DNA from: an uncultured bacterium
GTDB taxonomy: Bacteria; Zixibacteria; MSB-5A5; UBA10806
Assembly (NCBI GenBank): GCA_965541585.1
Contig: CBEUCH010000017.1
Location: 5,922-69,921 of the forward strand
Direction: 5' to 3'
DNA: 64,000 bases
The notes below the pieces were generated by a model, which saw only the letters and a list, made by a program, of their open reading frames with translations, did not search any database and was not told the DNA's origin. Position 1 is the first letter of the stretch. Each line of letters opens with the position of its first letter. The translations under genes were made by a program, and so were the position numbers. This document shows, one piece after another, positions 1 through 10,254 of this stretch.

Positions 1-16
1 AATTTGTAAAAAACAG

Positions 17-559
17 TTGCTTTTAATGAGTTATGAGCATATAATTTGTGATTCGGGGAGTGGGTTGTGGCCCACTCTTTTGAGTATTGCTCATACCGGG
101 GGTGGAGCGCTTTTGAGAGTGGATGTCGAGGATTTGAAAAGCAGACTGGAACCTCTAATCGAGGATTCAGGTTTTGAGTTGGCGGAGTTAACGGCGCCGC
201 TCGTCGGTGGGCGGCAGATAATCCGGATCTATATCCACTCACCGGACGGAGTCACACTGGATGACTGCGCACGTATCAGCCGTCAGGTATCCGACAGGCT
301 GGAAACCGATGATCCCGTAGCCGGCCGCTACAATCTCGAGGTTTCGTCGCTCGGGCTCAACAGGCCTTTGACCTCAGCCGGTGATTTCCAGAGAAGGATC
401 GGGGAGAAAATTGCCGTTACTTATGACGATGGAAATGGTAAAACAACAGTTCAGGGTCTTTTGAAAGAATGCAATGGTTTATCCATCAAAATTGCGATGG
501 GAGAGAAGATAGTGGATATTCCCGTGGACGCGAAACCGCGCGGAAAGATTCTGTTGTAA
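17..559 (+). CDS. rimP: ribosome maturation factor RimP
   Basis: ORF directly upstream of nusA. 'LEPLIEDSGFELAELT..IRIYIHSPDGVTLDDCARISRQVSDRLE..YNLEVSSLGLNRPL' is RimP-like. The first ~34 codons look non-native; GTG at 119, preceded by GGTGGAG, is a likelier start. Confidence 0.8.
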   Translation: MLLMSYEHIICDSGSGLWPTLLSIAHTGGGALLRVDVEDLKSRLEPLIEDSGFELAELTAPLVGGRQIIRIYIHSPDGVTLDDCARISRQVSDRLETDDPVAGRYNLEVSSLGLNRPLTSAGDFQRRIGEKIAVTYDDGNGKTTVQGLLKECNGLSIKIAMGEKIVDIPVDAKPRGKILL

Positions 560-586
560 GCGTGGTTTTCGTGGGAGGATTTCTCA

Positions 587-1939
587 ATGAATTATGATAT
601 TATTGAAGCATTCGGGCAGATAGCACAAGAGAAAAACCTCGATATTGATTACGTGCTCCAGACGGTGGAAGCGGCTCTGGCTTCCGCCATTAAAAAGAAA
701 TACAATATCGAGGAACAAGATAATATCCGTGTCGAAATCAACAGGAAAGAGGGCGAGATTATCGTCTATCTGACCAAAAAGGTAGTCGAGGAGGTCACCA
801 ATGCGGGCCTCGAGATGACTGTCGAGGAAGCATCCGAGCACTATGAAGATGTTGAGCTAGGGCAGGAGCTCGATGTCCCGATGCCATTCGAGACTTTCGG
901 GCGAAACGCCATAACTACTGTCAAACAGGTTCTGATTCAGAAAGTTCGCGAAGCAGAAAGAGAGAAGATCTTTGGCGAATACGAAGATAGAGTCGGCCAG
1001 ATTGCTTCTGGAAATGTGCAGCAGATTGAAAAAGGCAATATTCTGGTTAATCTCGGCAGGGCAGAGGCGATAGTCCCGATTCGCGAGCAGATCAAAAAAG
1101 AGAAATTCCGCCAGGGCGACCGGATCAAGGCTATCATTACTGACGTTCAGAATTCAACCCGGGGCCCGCAGATTTCTCTTTCGCGTTCATCTACCGATTT
1201 TCTGAAAAAGCTATTCGAGATGGAAGTGCCTGAGATTGCCGAGCGAATTATCGAAATCAGAGCTGTGGCACGCGAAGCGGGCGAAAGATCCAAGGTTGCC
1301 GTTTTGTCCAACGATGATAGGATTGATGCGGTGGGTGCCTGTGTGGGCGTCAAGGGAGTGCGGGTTCAGAATATCGTAAGAGAGTTGAACAACGAGAGGA
1401 TTGATATTGTTCCCTGGTCGGTTGAGCCGATGATATTCGTCACCAAATCGCTGGCGCCCGCCAAGATAGTCAATATCGATGTGTTCATCGAGGATCAGAA
1501 GATGCTGGTTGCCGTCGCCGACGATAAACTCTCGCTGGCGATCGGAAAGGCAGGACAGAACGCACGGCTGGCCGCGAAGCTGACCGGCTGGAAAATAAAT
1601 ATCATGTCGGAGACCGAGTACGATGCTCTTAAGAAATCCGAGGAAGAGGAAAAGGTCGATATCGAAAACGTCAGCACCATCGGCCCGAAGATGATTCAAA
1701 AGCTGTTTCGGGCCGGATTCGAGACGGCCCAGGATGTGGTCAACGCTGAACTGGACAGGCTTACCAAAATAGATGGAATAGGAGCGAAAACGGCAGAGAA
1801 GATTGTCTCCGCCTGCAGGAATGCCATTGCAGAGGCGGAGGAAAAACTCAAGGCCGAAGGTGACGAGGAGGCTGAAACTCCTGCTGAGATGGAATTTACG
1901 CCCGAGGATGAAGCTCTGCCCAGAATGGAGGACTATTAA
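587..1939 (+). CDS. nusA: transcription termination/antitermination factor NusA
   Basis: 450 aa with S1 and KH-like regions ('GRNAITTVKQVLIQKVREAEREKIF', 'AIGKAGQNARLAAKLTGWKINI') and an acidic C-terminus. GGGAGGA SD before the ATG; rimP-nusA-infB synteny. Confidence 0.95.
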   Translation: MNYDIIEAFGQIAQEKNLDIDYVLQTVEAALASAIKKKYNIEEQDNIRVEINRKEGEIIVYLTKKVVEEVTNAGLEMTVEEASEHYEDVELGQELDVPMPFETFGRNAITTVKQVLIQKVREAEREKIFGEYEDRVGQIASGNVQQIEKGNILVNLGRAEAIVPIREQIKKEKFRQGDRIKAIITDVQNSTRGPQISLSRSSTDFLKKLFEMEVPEIAERIIEIRAVAREAGERSKVAVLSNDDRIDAVGACVGVKGVRVQNIVRELNNERIDIVPWSVEPMIFVTKSLAPAKIVNIDVFIEDQKMLVAVADDKLSLAIGKAGQNARLAAKLTGWKINIMSETEYDALKKSEEEEKVDIENVSTIGPKMIQKLFRAGFETAQDVVNAELDRLTKIDGIGAKTAEKIVSACRNAIAEAEEKLKAEGDEEAETPAEMEFTPEDEALPRMEDY

Positions 1940-2118
1940 TTGGGGAAGATTGACGGTTCTCTATATATCGCAAATGAGGCCGATGGAATTTCGCCGGGCT
2001 ATTCGATAGTCCGTCGTATATCGACAATGGGCGCAACCACAATAAGGCAGGTCAACCAGAAAAGGTCGGCGATTAAAATCAGAATTGTGGAGATTTGCTG
2101 AATTTGTGCAGGTGAGAT

Positions 2119-4371
2119 ATGGTAAAAAAACGAATCTATGATCTGGCCAAAGAATACCATGTGTCTTCAAAAGCTATGGTTGATATTATCAAGGGATTGG
2201 GTTTTCCCGTGAAATCTCATTCCTCGTCGATAGATGATCAGATTCTTGAAGGGGTGCAGAAAAAATTCGAAGCGGAAAAAGAAGAAGTCAAAAAAGAGAT
2301 AGCTGCGAAAAAGAAAAAATCCGAAGATCGCCATAAAATAGAACATGAGGCGCTTCGCAAGAAACAGGAGGCTGAACGCAGGATCTTAACGGAACTTCGG
2401 AAAACCAAGAAAAAAGAAATAAGGAAAATAGAAAAAAAGACGCTTTTCAGAAGAAAAAAAGACAAACGCAGGAAGAAAAAAGAACGCGTAGTCGATATAA
2501 AAGCCGTTCGCGCCAGTTTCAAGAAAACAATGTCAAACCTCGATATTGTCAAGCGCAAAAGATATAGAAGAGCAGATGGGAAAACAGGGGAGATTAACGG
2601 CGAGGACGCCGATGCGAAAATCCTGAAGGTCACTGAGTTTATGACTCTCTCGGAGCTGGCAGGTTTAATTGAAGTAAAACCTGCTGTTCTCGTTGCCAAG
2701 TGCATGGAACTGGGTATGATGGCGACCATCAATCAGCGTCTCGATATGGATACGATAGGAACCCTGGCCCTGGAGTTCGGCTACGGTGTGGAGGAATCCA
2801 GGCTGGTGGGAGATGAAGAAAAAGATGTAGATGACGATGCCGACATGGAAGGTCGACCTTCCGTAGTGACAATTATGGGCCACGTAGATCACGGAAAGAC
2901 CTCCCTTCTGGATTATATACGAGAGTCAAATATCATAGCCGGCGAGTCGGGCGGCATTACCCAGCATATCGGCGCTTACGAAGTTGAGCTTCCAGGCGGC
3001 AAGATAACGTTTCTCGATACCCCCGGGCACCAGGCTTTCTCGTCCATGAGGGCGCGCGGCGCTCAAATCACCGATATAGTCGTATTGGTGGTGGCCGCTG
3101 ACGACGCGGTGATGCCTCAGACTGTTGAGGCTATCGATCATGCCAGGGCGGCGGGTGTTCCGATCATTGTTGCTGCAAATAAAATAGATCTCCCGACAGC
3201 CAACGTGGACAAGATAAAAGAGCAGCTCTCCAAACATAATCTCATTCCGGAAGAATGGGGAGGCAAAACCGCAATGATTGAAATCTCCGCAAAGAATGGT
3301 CAGGGAATCGATAAGCTGCTGGAAATAATTCTGCTTCAGGCCGGTGTAATGAATCTTTGCGCCAATCCCAATAAAAAAGCACGTGGTGTTATTGTAGAGG
3401 CTAATCTCGATCGTGGCAAAGGTCCGGTTTGCACTGTCCTCATACAGAAAGGTACGCTCAGGGTCGGAGATTCATTCGTGACGGGCACTCATTTCGGCAG
3501 AGTGCGCGCCCTGCTCAATGAAAGAGAGAATGCCGTAAGCGAAGCGGTTCCGTCGACTCCTGTGAGAATTCTCGGTTCGGGTGGAGTGCCCCAGGCCGGA
3601 GATTCTTTCACGGTGGTTGACGGCGAAAGCGAGGCAAGAGAGGTTGCCCGGAAAAGGCTCAGGCTGAAGCGAGAACGGGATCTTCGTCATATCAAGAGAT
3701 TTACTTTGACCGAAGTATACGACCGAATAAAGGAAGGCCGGATAAGAGATCTGAATCTTATCATCAAGGGCGACGTGGACGGTTCGGTCGAAGCGCTTTC
3801 CGATTCGCTGGCCGCAATTCAGCATCCCGAGGTAAAAGTGAACGTGATCCATAGAAGCGTCGGTGCCATATCGGAATCAGATATTCTGCTGGCCGCTGCC
3901 TCGCAGGCTATTGTTGTCGGCTTTCATGTCCGCCCGGAATCGAGAGCCGCTGAACTTGCGGTAAAGGAAAAAGTAGACATCAGGTTATATAAAATCATTT
4001 ACGAGGTTGTCTCAGATATCAAGGCAGCACTCGAAGGCCTGCTGACGCCGGAAATTGTCAGGGTAGATATTGCCGAGGCCGAAGTAAGGCAATTGTTCAA
4101 AATACCTGTTCTCGGATTCATCGCGGGAAGTTTTGTGAAGACCGGCAACGTCAAGAGAGGTGCGCTGGCGGAAGTCTACCGCAACGATGTTCAGGTAGGG
4201 GAAGGAAAGATATCTTCGCTCAGGCGTTTCAAGGATGACGTAAAGGAGGTATCCGCAGGATATGAATGCGGGATCGGGATCGAACCGCATCCCGATTTGC
4301 AGGAGGGTGATCTCATAAAAGTCTTTGAAGAGGTAGAGCACGCTCGGCGGCTCGAACCGGGCGATGAGTAA
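2119..4371 (+). CDS. infB: translation initiation factor IF-2
   Basis: 750 aa with a Lys/Glu-rich N-terminal region and a GTPase core ('IMGHVDHGKTSLLD', 'DTPGH', 'NKID'). Confidence 0.95.
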   Translation: MVKKRIYDLAKEYHVSSKAMVDIIKGLGFPVKSHSSSIDDQILEGVQKKFEAEKEEVKKEIAAKKKKSEDRHKIEHEALRKKQEAERRILTELRKTKKKEIRKIEKKTLFRRKKDKRRKKKERVVDIKAVRASFKKTMSNLDIVKRKRYRRADGKTGEINGEDADAKILKVTEFMTLSELAGLIEVKPAVLVAKCMELGMMATINQRLDMDTIGTLALEFGYGVEESRLVGDEEKDVDDDADMEGRPSVVTIMGHVDHGKTSLLDYIRESNIIAGESGGITQHIGAYEVELPGGKITFLDTPGHQAFSSMRARGAQITDIVVLVVAADDAVMPQTVEAIDHARAAGVPIIVAANKIDLPTANVDKIKEQLSKHNLIPEEWGGKTAMIEISAKNGQGIDKLLEIILLQAGVMNLCANPNKKARGVIVEANLDRGKGPVCTVLIQKGTLRVGDSFVTGTHFGRVRALLNERENAVSEAVPSTPVRILGSGGVPQAGDSFTVVDGESEAREVARKRLRLKRERDLRHIKRFTLTEVYDRIKEGRIRDLNLIIKGDVDGSVEALSDSLAAIQHPEVKVNVIHRSVGAISESDILLAAASQAIVVGFHVRPESRAAELAVKEKVDIRLYKIIYEVVSDIKAALEGLLTPEIVRVDIAEAEVRQLFKIPVLGFIAGSFVKTGNVKRGALAEVYRNDVQVGEGKISSLRRFKDDVKEVSAGYECGIGIEPHPDLQEGDLIKVFEEVEHARRLEPGDE

Positions 4372-4653
4372 GTGGTAGTGGCCGTCTTGAAAATAGTCCT
4401 TTCCATACCTCATGCCAATTCCCTCAAGGATAAAAGGCGAGTTATCAAAAGCGTAAAGGATAGACTTCGGAACGGATTTAATATCTCCGTTGCCGAGATA
4501 GGAGATCAGGATGTCTGGCGATCCGCCAAACTGGGAATTGCTGTTGTTTCCGAGGATTCGTCGTACGCGAACGGTGTTTTATCGAGAGTACAGGATAATG
4601 TCGGCAAGCTCAAGAATGCCATCCTGACTCATTGCGAACTGGAGTGGCGTTAA
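4372..4653 (+). CDS. DUF503 family protein (YlxP-like)
   Basis: 93 aa; 'LKIVLSIPHANSLKDKRRVIKSVKDRLRNGFNISVAEIGDQD' is typical of DUF503. The GTG start follows the infB TAA directly, at the usual position between infB and rbfA. Confidence 0.8.
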   Translation: MVVAVLKIVLSIPHANSLKDKRRVIKSVKDRLRNGFNISVAEIGDQDVWRSAKLGIAVVSEDSSYANGVLSRVQDNVGKLKNAILTHCELEWR

Positions 4654-4654
4654 A

Positions 4655-5011
4655 ATGGATTTTTCCAGAGTTGACAGGCTCCAGAGCCAGATTCTAAAGG
4701 ATCTGGCCGCCGTCATTGTAGAGGATCTCAAGGACAGTTTACCTTATATGCTGACATTTACCAGGATCGAAATAACGAGAGATTTAAGATATGCTAAAGT
4801 ATTCTATTCGGTATTGGGCAAGGAGGGGGCCGTCGAGGATAGCCTCGAATTCCTGAAGCGTCATAACGGTGTAATAAGAAGAATGCTGGGAAAAAGGATA
4901 AGGATGCGGCGCATCCCCGAACTTTTGTTTAAATATGACGACTCTATCGAGCATGTGCTGCGGGTGAACGAACTTCTGAAGGAATCGAAAAAACGTGAAA
5001 ATGAAAGTTGA
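4655..5011 (+). CDS. rbfA: ribosome-binding factor A
   Basis: 118 aa; 'RVDRLQSQILKDLAAVI...LTFTRIEITRDLRYAKVFYSVLG' is RbfA-like; conserved synteny. Confidence 0.9.
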   Translation: MDFSRVDRLQSQILKDLAAVIVEDLKDSLPYMLTFTRIEITRDLRYAKVFYSVLGKEGAVEDSLEFLKRHNGVIRRMLGKRIRMRRIPELLFKYDDSIEHVLRVNELLKESKKRENES

Positions 5012-5975
5012 AATAGATCGAATACTCTCGATTATAAATGAAAATGATAAGTTCCTGATAACCTCGCACATGGATCCCGACGGAGATTCGATTGGCTCAC
5101 AGCTGGGATTGTATCGTGCGTTAACAGATGCGGGTAAGGAAGCCGTGATTGTCAACCAGGGAGCCATATCGGATAAATACGATTTTCTGGATCCCGAAGG
5201 CGTTGTCAAGTGTCGGCCTGAGGACATTGGATTTAAGCCCCGGGTGGTATTCATAATTGAGTGCCCGTCGCTCGAGAGAATAGGTTTCGTCCGGGATCTT
5301 ATCCCCGAATCGGCAACTACAATTAATATAGATCATCACCCCGATAATTCTCAGTATGGCGATATCAACCTGGTTGAGCCCGAAAGTTCGGCCGCCGGCG
5401 AGATCATCTATTCTACGCTGGAAGCGGGTGGATATGAGATTACCCCGGAAATTGCCGGGCAATTGTATGCCGCCATAGCTGCCGATACCGGCGGATTTCG
5501 TTTTGGATCGACGACTGCCAGAGGGATGAAGATCGCCTCCGAACTGATCCGGCGGGGCGCTGATCCCAAATTCATATCCGACCGCCTCTTCAACAACTTC
5601 TCCCCGGAAACGATTCGGCTGATGGGTCGTACTCTCGCCAGCCTGAGCCTCGAGGCAGACGGCAGAATAGGCTATGTGATGATCACCCTGGATGATCTTA
5701 AAGGATCGGGCGCCGATCTGAAAAACTCGGAGGGATTTGTAGATTTTACCCTGGCGATCTCCGGAATCCTGCTGGGCCTGTTATTCAAAGAGGTCTCTGA
5801 TGATGAGGTCAAGGTTTCGGTTCGTTCGCAGAACGGTATGGATGCGGCCGCGTTCGCAAGGATGTTTAATGGGGGAGGTCACGCTAACGCCGCCGGGTTC
5901 AGACTGCACGGGCGACTGGACAGTATCGTCAAGCGCGTTATCTCCAGTGCAAAGGAGTTTGTCGTTGGCAGTTAA
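4995..5975 (+). CDS. DHH/DHHA1 family phosphoesterase (NrnA-like)
   Basis: 326 aa with 'ITSHMDPDGDSIGS', 'NIDHH', 'DTGGFRF' and C-terminal 'GGGHANAAG' motifs. Start could be GTG 4995 or ATG 5001. Confidence 0.85.
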   Translation: MKMKVEIDRILSIINENDKFLITSHMDPDGDSIGSQLGLYRALTDAGKEAVIVNQGAISDKYDFLDPEGVVKCRPEDIGFKPRVVFIIECPSLERIGFVRDLIPESATTINIDHHPDNSQYGDINLVEPESSAAGEIIYSTLEAGGYEITPEIAGQLYAAIAADTGGFRFGSTTARGMKIASELIRRGADPKFISDRLFNNFSPETIRLMGRTLASLSLEADGRIGYVMITLDDLKGSGADLKNSEGFVDFTLAISGILLGLLFKEVSDDEVKVSVRSQNGMDAAAFARMFNGGGHANAAGFRLHGRLDSIVKRVISSAKEFVVGS

Positions 5976-5985
5976 GGATGGCATC

Positions 5986-6912
5986 ATGCTCATAGATAAG
6001 CCGGCTGGCATGACATCGCATGATGTGGTCGATTTTCTTCGCGGGCAGTTGAAAATCAGACGCGTGGGACATACGGGCATTCTCGATCCTAATGCCACGG
6101 GATTGATGCTGATGCTTGTGGGTAAAGGAACCAAATTTTCCAGCTTCCTTACGGATTTGCCCAAGAGATACGTCGCCAGGTTTGTATTCGGAGCTGCGAC
6201 CGATACGTTTGACGCAGAAGGAAAGATAGCATTCAGGGCCGAACCGGGAGACATGAAGAGAGCCGATTTTGAAAAGATATTGCAGGAATTTTCCGGCGAG
6301 ATTGAGCAAATTGTCCCGCCATTTTCGGCCGCCAAGAGAAATGGGGTGCCGCTATATAAACTGGCGAGAAAAGGCAAGACGGTAACTCCCAGCCATAAGA
6401 TGGTAAGAATCAACAATATTGAAATCGTAGATTTCGATTGGCCGGAGGTAGCCTTGGATATCTCATGCTCTCCGGGAACATATGTTAGGAGTATGGCGCA
6501 CCAGATGGGGGAGATGTTGGGATGCGGCAGCCACCTCAAGAACCTTCGTCGTCTCGAGGTCGGCCAATTTCACGTGTCGGCGGCGTTGACGCCGGAAGAA
6601 GTCTCCAGAACCGACGTTATATCCCGTTTAATAAAACCTCTCAAAGATGCGCTACCGACGCATCCGGCCATCCATATCAAACCTCAATATTATGGCGCAG
6701 TGCTGAGCGGCCGACCGCTTGTGAAAAAATATATAGCGGAAAGCAATTACTCCGGCGACGGAGATATTCTTTCGATGCTTCTGGGACCTGACGATAAGGT
6801 CTTGGCGCTGGCAAGGCTGAATATGCTCTGGAGGGCAGTTGACAGACTCGGCCCATCCGAAATTATGGGAACTTATGTGAGGGTGATCGATGAAGGTCAT
6901 CTCAGGGCTTAG
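5986..6912 (+). CDS. truB: tRNA pseudouridine(55) synthase TruB
   Basis: 'MLIDKPAGMTSHDVVDFLR...VGHTGILDPNATGLM' is a TruB motif. The listed ORF from 5800 overlaps the DHH gene, so I trimmed it to ATG 5986, 11 nt after the DHH stop. Confidence 0.9.
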   Translation: MLIDKPAGMTSHDVVDFLRGQLKIRRVGHTGILDPNATGLMLMLVGKGTKFSSFLTDLPKRYVARFVFGAATDTFDAEGKIAFRAEPGDMKRADFEKILQEFSGEIEQIVPPFSAAKRNGVPLYKLARKGKTVTPSHKMVRINNIEIVDFDWPEVALDISCSPGTYVRSMAHQMGEMLGCGSHLKNLRRLEVGQFHVSAALTPEEVSRTDVISRLIKPLKDALPTHPAIHIKPQYYGAVLSGRPLVKKYIAESNYSGDGDILSMLLGPDDKVLALARLNMLWRAVDRLGPSEIMGTYVRVIDEGHLRA

Positions 6913-7816
6913 CCAACTGGAATTAACGAACATCTCCGATGTAGCCGCCACCATAGGCACTTTCGATGGCGTGCATCTGGGACATAAGAGGATTATCGAG
7001 GTGTTGCTGGAGAAGGGCAGGCATATGAATCTCCAATCGGCTCTGGTGACTTTTAACCCCCATCCTCAAATGGTGCTTGGCAAGAGAGGGCCGACGGAGA
7101 TATTGACAACACTGGATGAGAAACTCGAGCTTCTACGCGCCACCGGAATTGAGATCGTTATTGTCCTGGATTTCAATCGCCAACTCGCCTCTTATCCGCC
7201 GGAGGATTTCGTTCGGGAAATCTTGATCAAGAGACTCGGTATGAAGGCTCTGGTTATAGGATACGATCACGGATTCGGAAAGGACCGCGCCGGCGATAGC
7301 GCGCTTCTGGAGAAAATGTCAAAAACCGATGGTTTTCATTTCACCGTGGTGCCTGAATTTCGGGCCGACAGTCGGACCGTGAAATCTACCGTTATCAGAA
7401 GAGAGTTGAAATCGGGCGATTACCGGGAGGTCAGGGATATCCTGGGATATGATTATTTGATATCCGGAAAGATAATAAGAGGTCACGGGGTCGGCAAGAC
7501 ACTCGGCTATCCCACGATCAATCTCGCCGTACCGCCCGTGAAACTCTTGCCGAAAGAAGGAGTTTATGCTGCCCGGGCGCGGTTCAACGGCAACGAATTC
7601 GACGGCATGGCCTATATCGGCGGGCGATTGACTTTTGGCGATCCGGCGCTCTCCGTGGAGATCAATCTTTTCGATTTTTCCGGTCGAGTCGAATCCGATA
7701 AGATCCTTCTGGAGCTAAAAGAGTTTATCAGGCCGCCGGTGAAATTCGAATCGTCCGCAAAACTGGCTGAAAAAATGAAAAGTGACGAAATGGAAATAAA
7801 AAAGAGGTTCGCATAA
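6890..7816 (+). CDS. ribF: bifunctional riboflavin kinase / FMN adenylyltransferase
   Basis: 308 aa with 'TIGTFDGVHLGHKRII', 'VTFNPHP' and a C-terminal kinase region ('GHGVGKTLGYPTINL'). Overlaps the truB end by 23 nt. Confidence 0.9.
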   Translation: MKVISGLSQLELTNISDVAATIGTFDGVHLGHKRIIEVLLEKGRHMNLQSALVTFNPHPQMVLGKRGPTEILTTLDEKLELLRATGIEIVIVLDFNRQLASYPPEDFVREILIKRLGMKALVIGYDHGFGKDRAGDSALLEKMSKTDGFHFTVVPEFRADSRTVKSTVIRRELKSGDYREVRDILGYDYLISGKIIRGHGVGKTLGYPTINLAVPPVKLLPKEGVYAARARFNGNEFDGMAYIGGRLTFGDPALSVEINLFDFSGRVESDKILLELKEFIRPPVKFESSAKLAEKMKSDEMEIKKRFA

Positions 7817-7828
7817 GGAGGCAGTCAA

Positions 7829-8098
7829 TTGACTATATCGAAGGACAAGAAGCGAGAATTGATCGATCAATATCGGCTGCATGATACCGATACTGGTTCT
7901 GTCGAGGTACAGGTGGCCCTTCTGACGACAAGGATCGCGGAGTTAACCGGGCACCTGAAATCTCGAGAGAAAGATCTTCACTCCCGGTACGGGCTTTTGA
8001 AGATGGTTGGAAAACGGCGCCGGCTTCTGGAATATCTAAAGAAGAATGATCTGGAGGCCTACAGAGCTTTGATTGAAAACCTCGACCTGAGGAAATAA
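7829..8098 (+). CDS. rpsO: 30S ribosomal protein uS15
   Basis: 89 aa; '[52 protein letters not shown]'. TTG start 7 nt after AGGAGG. Confidence 0.95.
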   Translation: MTISKDKKRELIDQYRLHDTDTGSVEVQVALLTTRIAELTGHLKSREKDLHSRYGLLKMVGKRRRLLEYLKKNDLEAYRALIENLDLRK

Positions 8099-8124
8099 CA
8101 AATCGCATTAGCGGAGGCTATACT

Positions 8125-10251
8125 TTGGAAGTTTTTGAGTTTAAATTAGATGATGGTCGCGTATTGACAATCGAAACAGGCCGCATGGCAAAACAGGCCG
8201 GTGCCTCGACGGTTGTTCGCCTCGGAGACACAATGGTTCTTGCCACGGCTACCAGCGCGCCCTCACAGCAGGAACGCGATTTTTTCCCGTTATCGGTTGA
8301 TTACCGGGAGAGATCATACGCCGCGGGGAAAATCCCGGGCGGATTTTTCAAACGTGAGGGTAGACCCAGCGAAAAAGAGATCCTGTCCGCTCGCCTCTGC
8401 GATAGACCGTTGAGACCCCTATTTCCTGACGGTTATACCGATGAGGTGCAGATCATGATACAGGTCCTTTCCTCCGACCAGGAAAACGACGGTGATATCC
8501 TGGGAATAATCGGGGCCTCGGCAGCTTTATCGCTCTCTTCAATTCCTTTCTTCTTTCCAATAGGGGCCGTCAGAGTGGGCAGGATCGACGGCAAGTTTGT
8601 GGCTTTCCCACAGTTTTCGGATCTGGAACGATCGGATATGAATATCATCATGGCCGGTACCTCCGAATTTATCAACATGGTGGAAGGCGGGACCAGGGAA
8701 ATCAGTGAAAAGGAATTGCTCGATGCTCTGGCTTTCGGGACTGAAAAGATAAAGAAGATCACCGGCGTCATCGAAGAAATGAAAACCAGATTGGGTAAGT
8801 CCAAAGAAGAAGTTCAAAAAGTGGAATATGATCCGGAACTGATCGCCGCTGCAACTGAAATGTCCGAGGAGAGAATCAAACAGGCTAATAGGATAAAAGA
8901 TAAGGGAGATCGCTCTGAAGCTGTGAGCAATACAAAAACTGAAACGTGCGAGGCTCTATCCGAGAAATTCCCGGAATCTGATAAGGCGATAAAGGCCATC
9001 ATTGAAAAAATCGAAAAAGAAGATCTCCGGAATATGATCTTAAACGAGAAGATACGTTCCGATGGCCGCGGTTATGAGGACGTTCGGAATATTTCGGCAG
9101 AGATCGGAATACTCCCCAGGACTCATGGTTCCTCCCTGTTTACCAGGGGGCAGACACAGGCGCTGGTGGTACTTACACTGGGGACGAAGATGGATGAGCA
9201 GAAGATCGATGATCTTCTCGGTGAATCGTATAAGAGTTTCATGTTGCACTATAACTTCCCGCCGTATTCCGTCGGTGAGGTAAGGCCGAACCGGGGGCCG
9301 GGAAGACGCGAGGTCGGCCACGGAGTGCTGGCAGAGCGGGCTTTAGAACCGATCATACCGGCTGAGGAGAATTTCCCCTATACAATAAGAATCGTCTCTG
9401 ATATTCTGGAATCAAACGGCTCATCGTCTATGGCAACCGTATGCGGAGGCTCCCTCGGCCTGATGGACGCCGGTGTGCCCATCAAGGCTCCGGTGGCGGG
9501 AATTGCCATGGGGCTGATCAAGGAGGGTGACCAGGTCGCCGTCCTGACCGATATACTGGGATTGGAGGATCATCTGGGGGATATGGATTTCAAAGTAGCA
9601 GGCACGGCTGATGGAATAACCGCCTTCCAGATGGATGTAAAGATTTCCGGTCTCACTCTCGATATAATGGCGAAAGCGTTGGAGCAGGCGCATAAAGCAC
9701 GCCTTTTAGTAATCGGTAAGATGAATGAAGCGATCTCACAACCTCGTAGCGAGCTCTCGCAATATGCTCCCAGGATTATCACTCTCAAGGTGCCCGTTGA
9801 TAAGATCGGGGACATAATCGGCCCGGGCGGCAAGATCATCAGGGGCATTATCGAAGCCACCGGTGCTAAGATCGATATCGATGATGACGGCACCGTGATT
9901 ATCGCTTCCGTGGATCAGGTCGCGGGGGAGGCCGCTCGCGATAAGGTTCTTGAACTTACAGAGGAACCCGAGGTCGGTAAAATCTATACAGGTAAGGTAA
10001 AACGGGTTACTGCCTTCGGGGCATTTATAGGGATTCTACCAAACGTCGACGGCCTTGTGCACATCTCGGAAATCGACAATTATCGAATCGCCAGAGTAGA
10101 GGATGTCCTTAACGTCGGCGACGAAGTCAAAGTCAAGGTAATCAGTATCGATGAGGAAGGAAAGGTGCGTCTTTCGAGAAAGGTCCTCCTGCCGAAAACG
10201 GGTTATGCAGGAGACCCTAAGTCGGAAAGACAGGACCGTTCACGGAGATAG
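8125..10251 (+). CDS. pnp: polyribonucleotide nucleotidyltransferase (PNPase)
   Basis: 708 aa with two RNase PH-like cores, a KH region ('GKIIRGIIEATGAKIDI') and an S1 region ('GKVKRVTAFGAFIGILPNVDGLVHISE'). Downstream of rpsO. Confidence 0.95.
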   Translation: MEVFEFKLDDGRVLTIETGRMAKQAGASTVVRLGDTMVLATATSAPSQQERDFFPLSVDYRERSYAAGKIPGGFFKREGRPSEKEILSARLCDRPLRPLFPDGYTDEVQIMIQVLSSDQENDGDILGIIGASAALSLSSIPFFFPIGAVRVGRIDGKFVAFPQFSDLERSDMNIIMAGTSEFINMVEGGTREISEKELLDALAFGTEKIKKITGVIEEMKTRLGKSKEEVQKVEYDPELIAAATEMSEERIKQANRIKDKGDRSEAVSNTKTETCEALSEKFPESDKAIKAIIEKIEKEDLRNMILNEKIRSDGRGYEDVRNISAEIGILPRTHGSSLFTRGQTQALVVLTLGTKMDEQKIDDLLGESYKSFMLHYNFPPYSVGEVRPNRGPGRREVGHGVLAERALEPIIPAEENFPYTIRIVSDILESNGSSSMATVCGGSLGLMDAGVPIKAPVAGIAMGLIKEGDQVAVLTDILGLEDHLGDMDFKVAGTADGITAFQMDVKISGLTLDIMAKALEQAHKARLLVIGKMNEAISQPRSELSQYAPRIITLKVPVDKIGDIIGPGGKIIRGIIEATGAKIDIDDDGTVIIASVDQVAGEAARDKVLELTEEPEVGKIYTGKVKRVTAFGAFIGILPNVDGLVHISEIDNYRIARVEDVLNVGDEVKVKVISIDEEGKVRLSRKVLLPKTGYAGDPKSERQDRSRR

Positions 10252-10254
10252 TCT

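Noticed and set aside
1940-2098. A 52-codon ORF in the nusA frame directly after the nusA TAA, considered as a possible YlxR (DUF448) remnant or readthrough extension in the nusA-infB spacer.
   Set aside because: Only a faint 'ADGISPGYSIV' versus 'GRGAY' resemblance. The RxCxxC N-terminal motif is absent, there is no SD, and the ORF is too short to judge.
5781-6539. A 252-aa minus-strand ORF.
   Set aside because: It is antisense to the DHH gene and truB, which have clear family motifs, and it has no recognisable domain. The same reasoning applies to the other long antisense ORFs: 29056-29733, 48489-49283, 49437-50051, 35234-35920, 11172-11777, 31014-31520 and 2238-2732.
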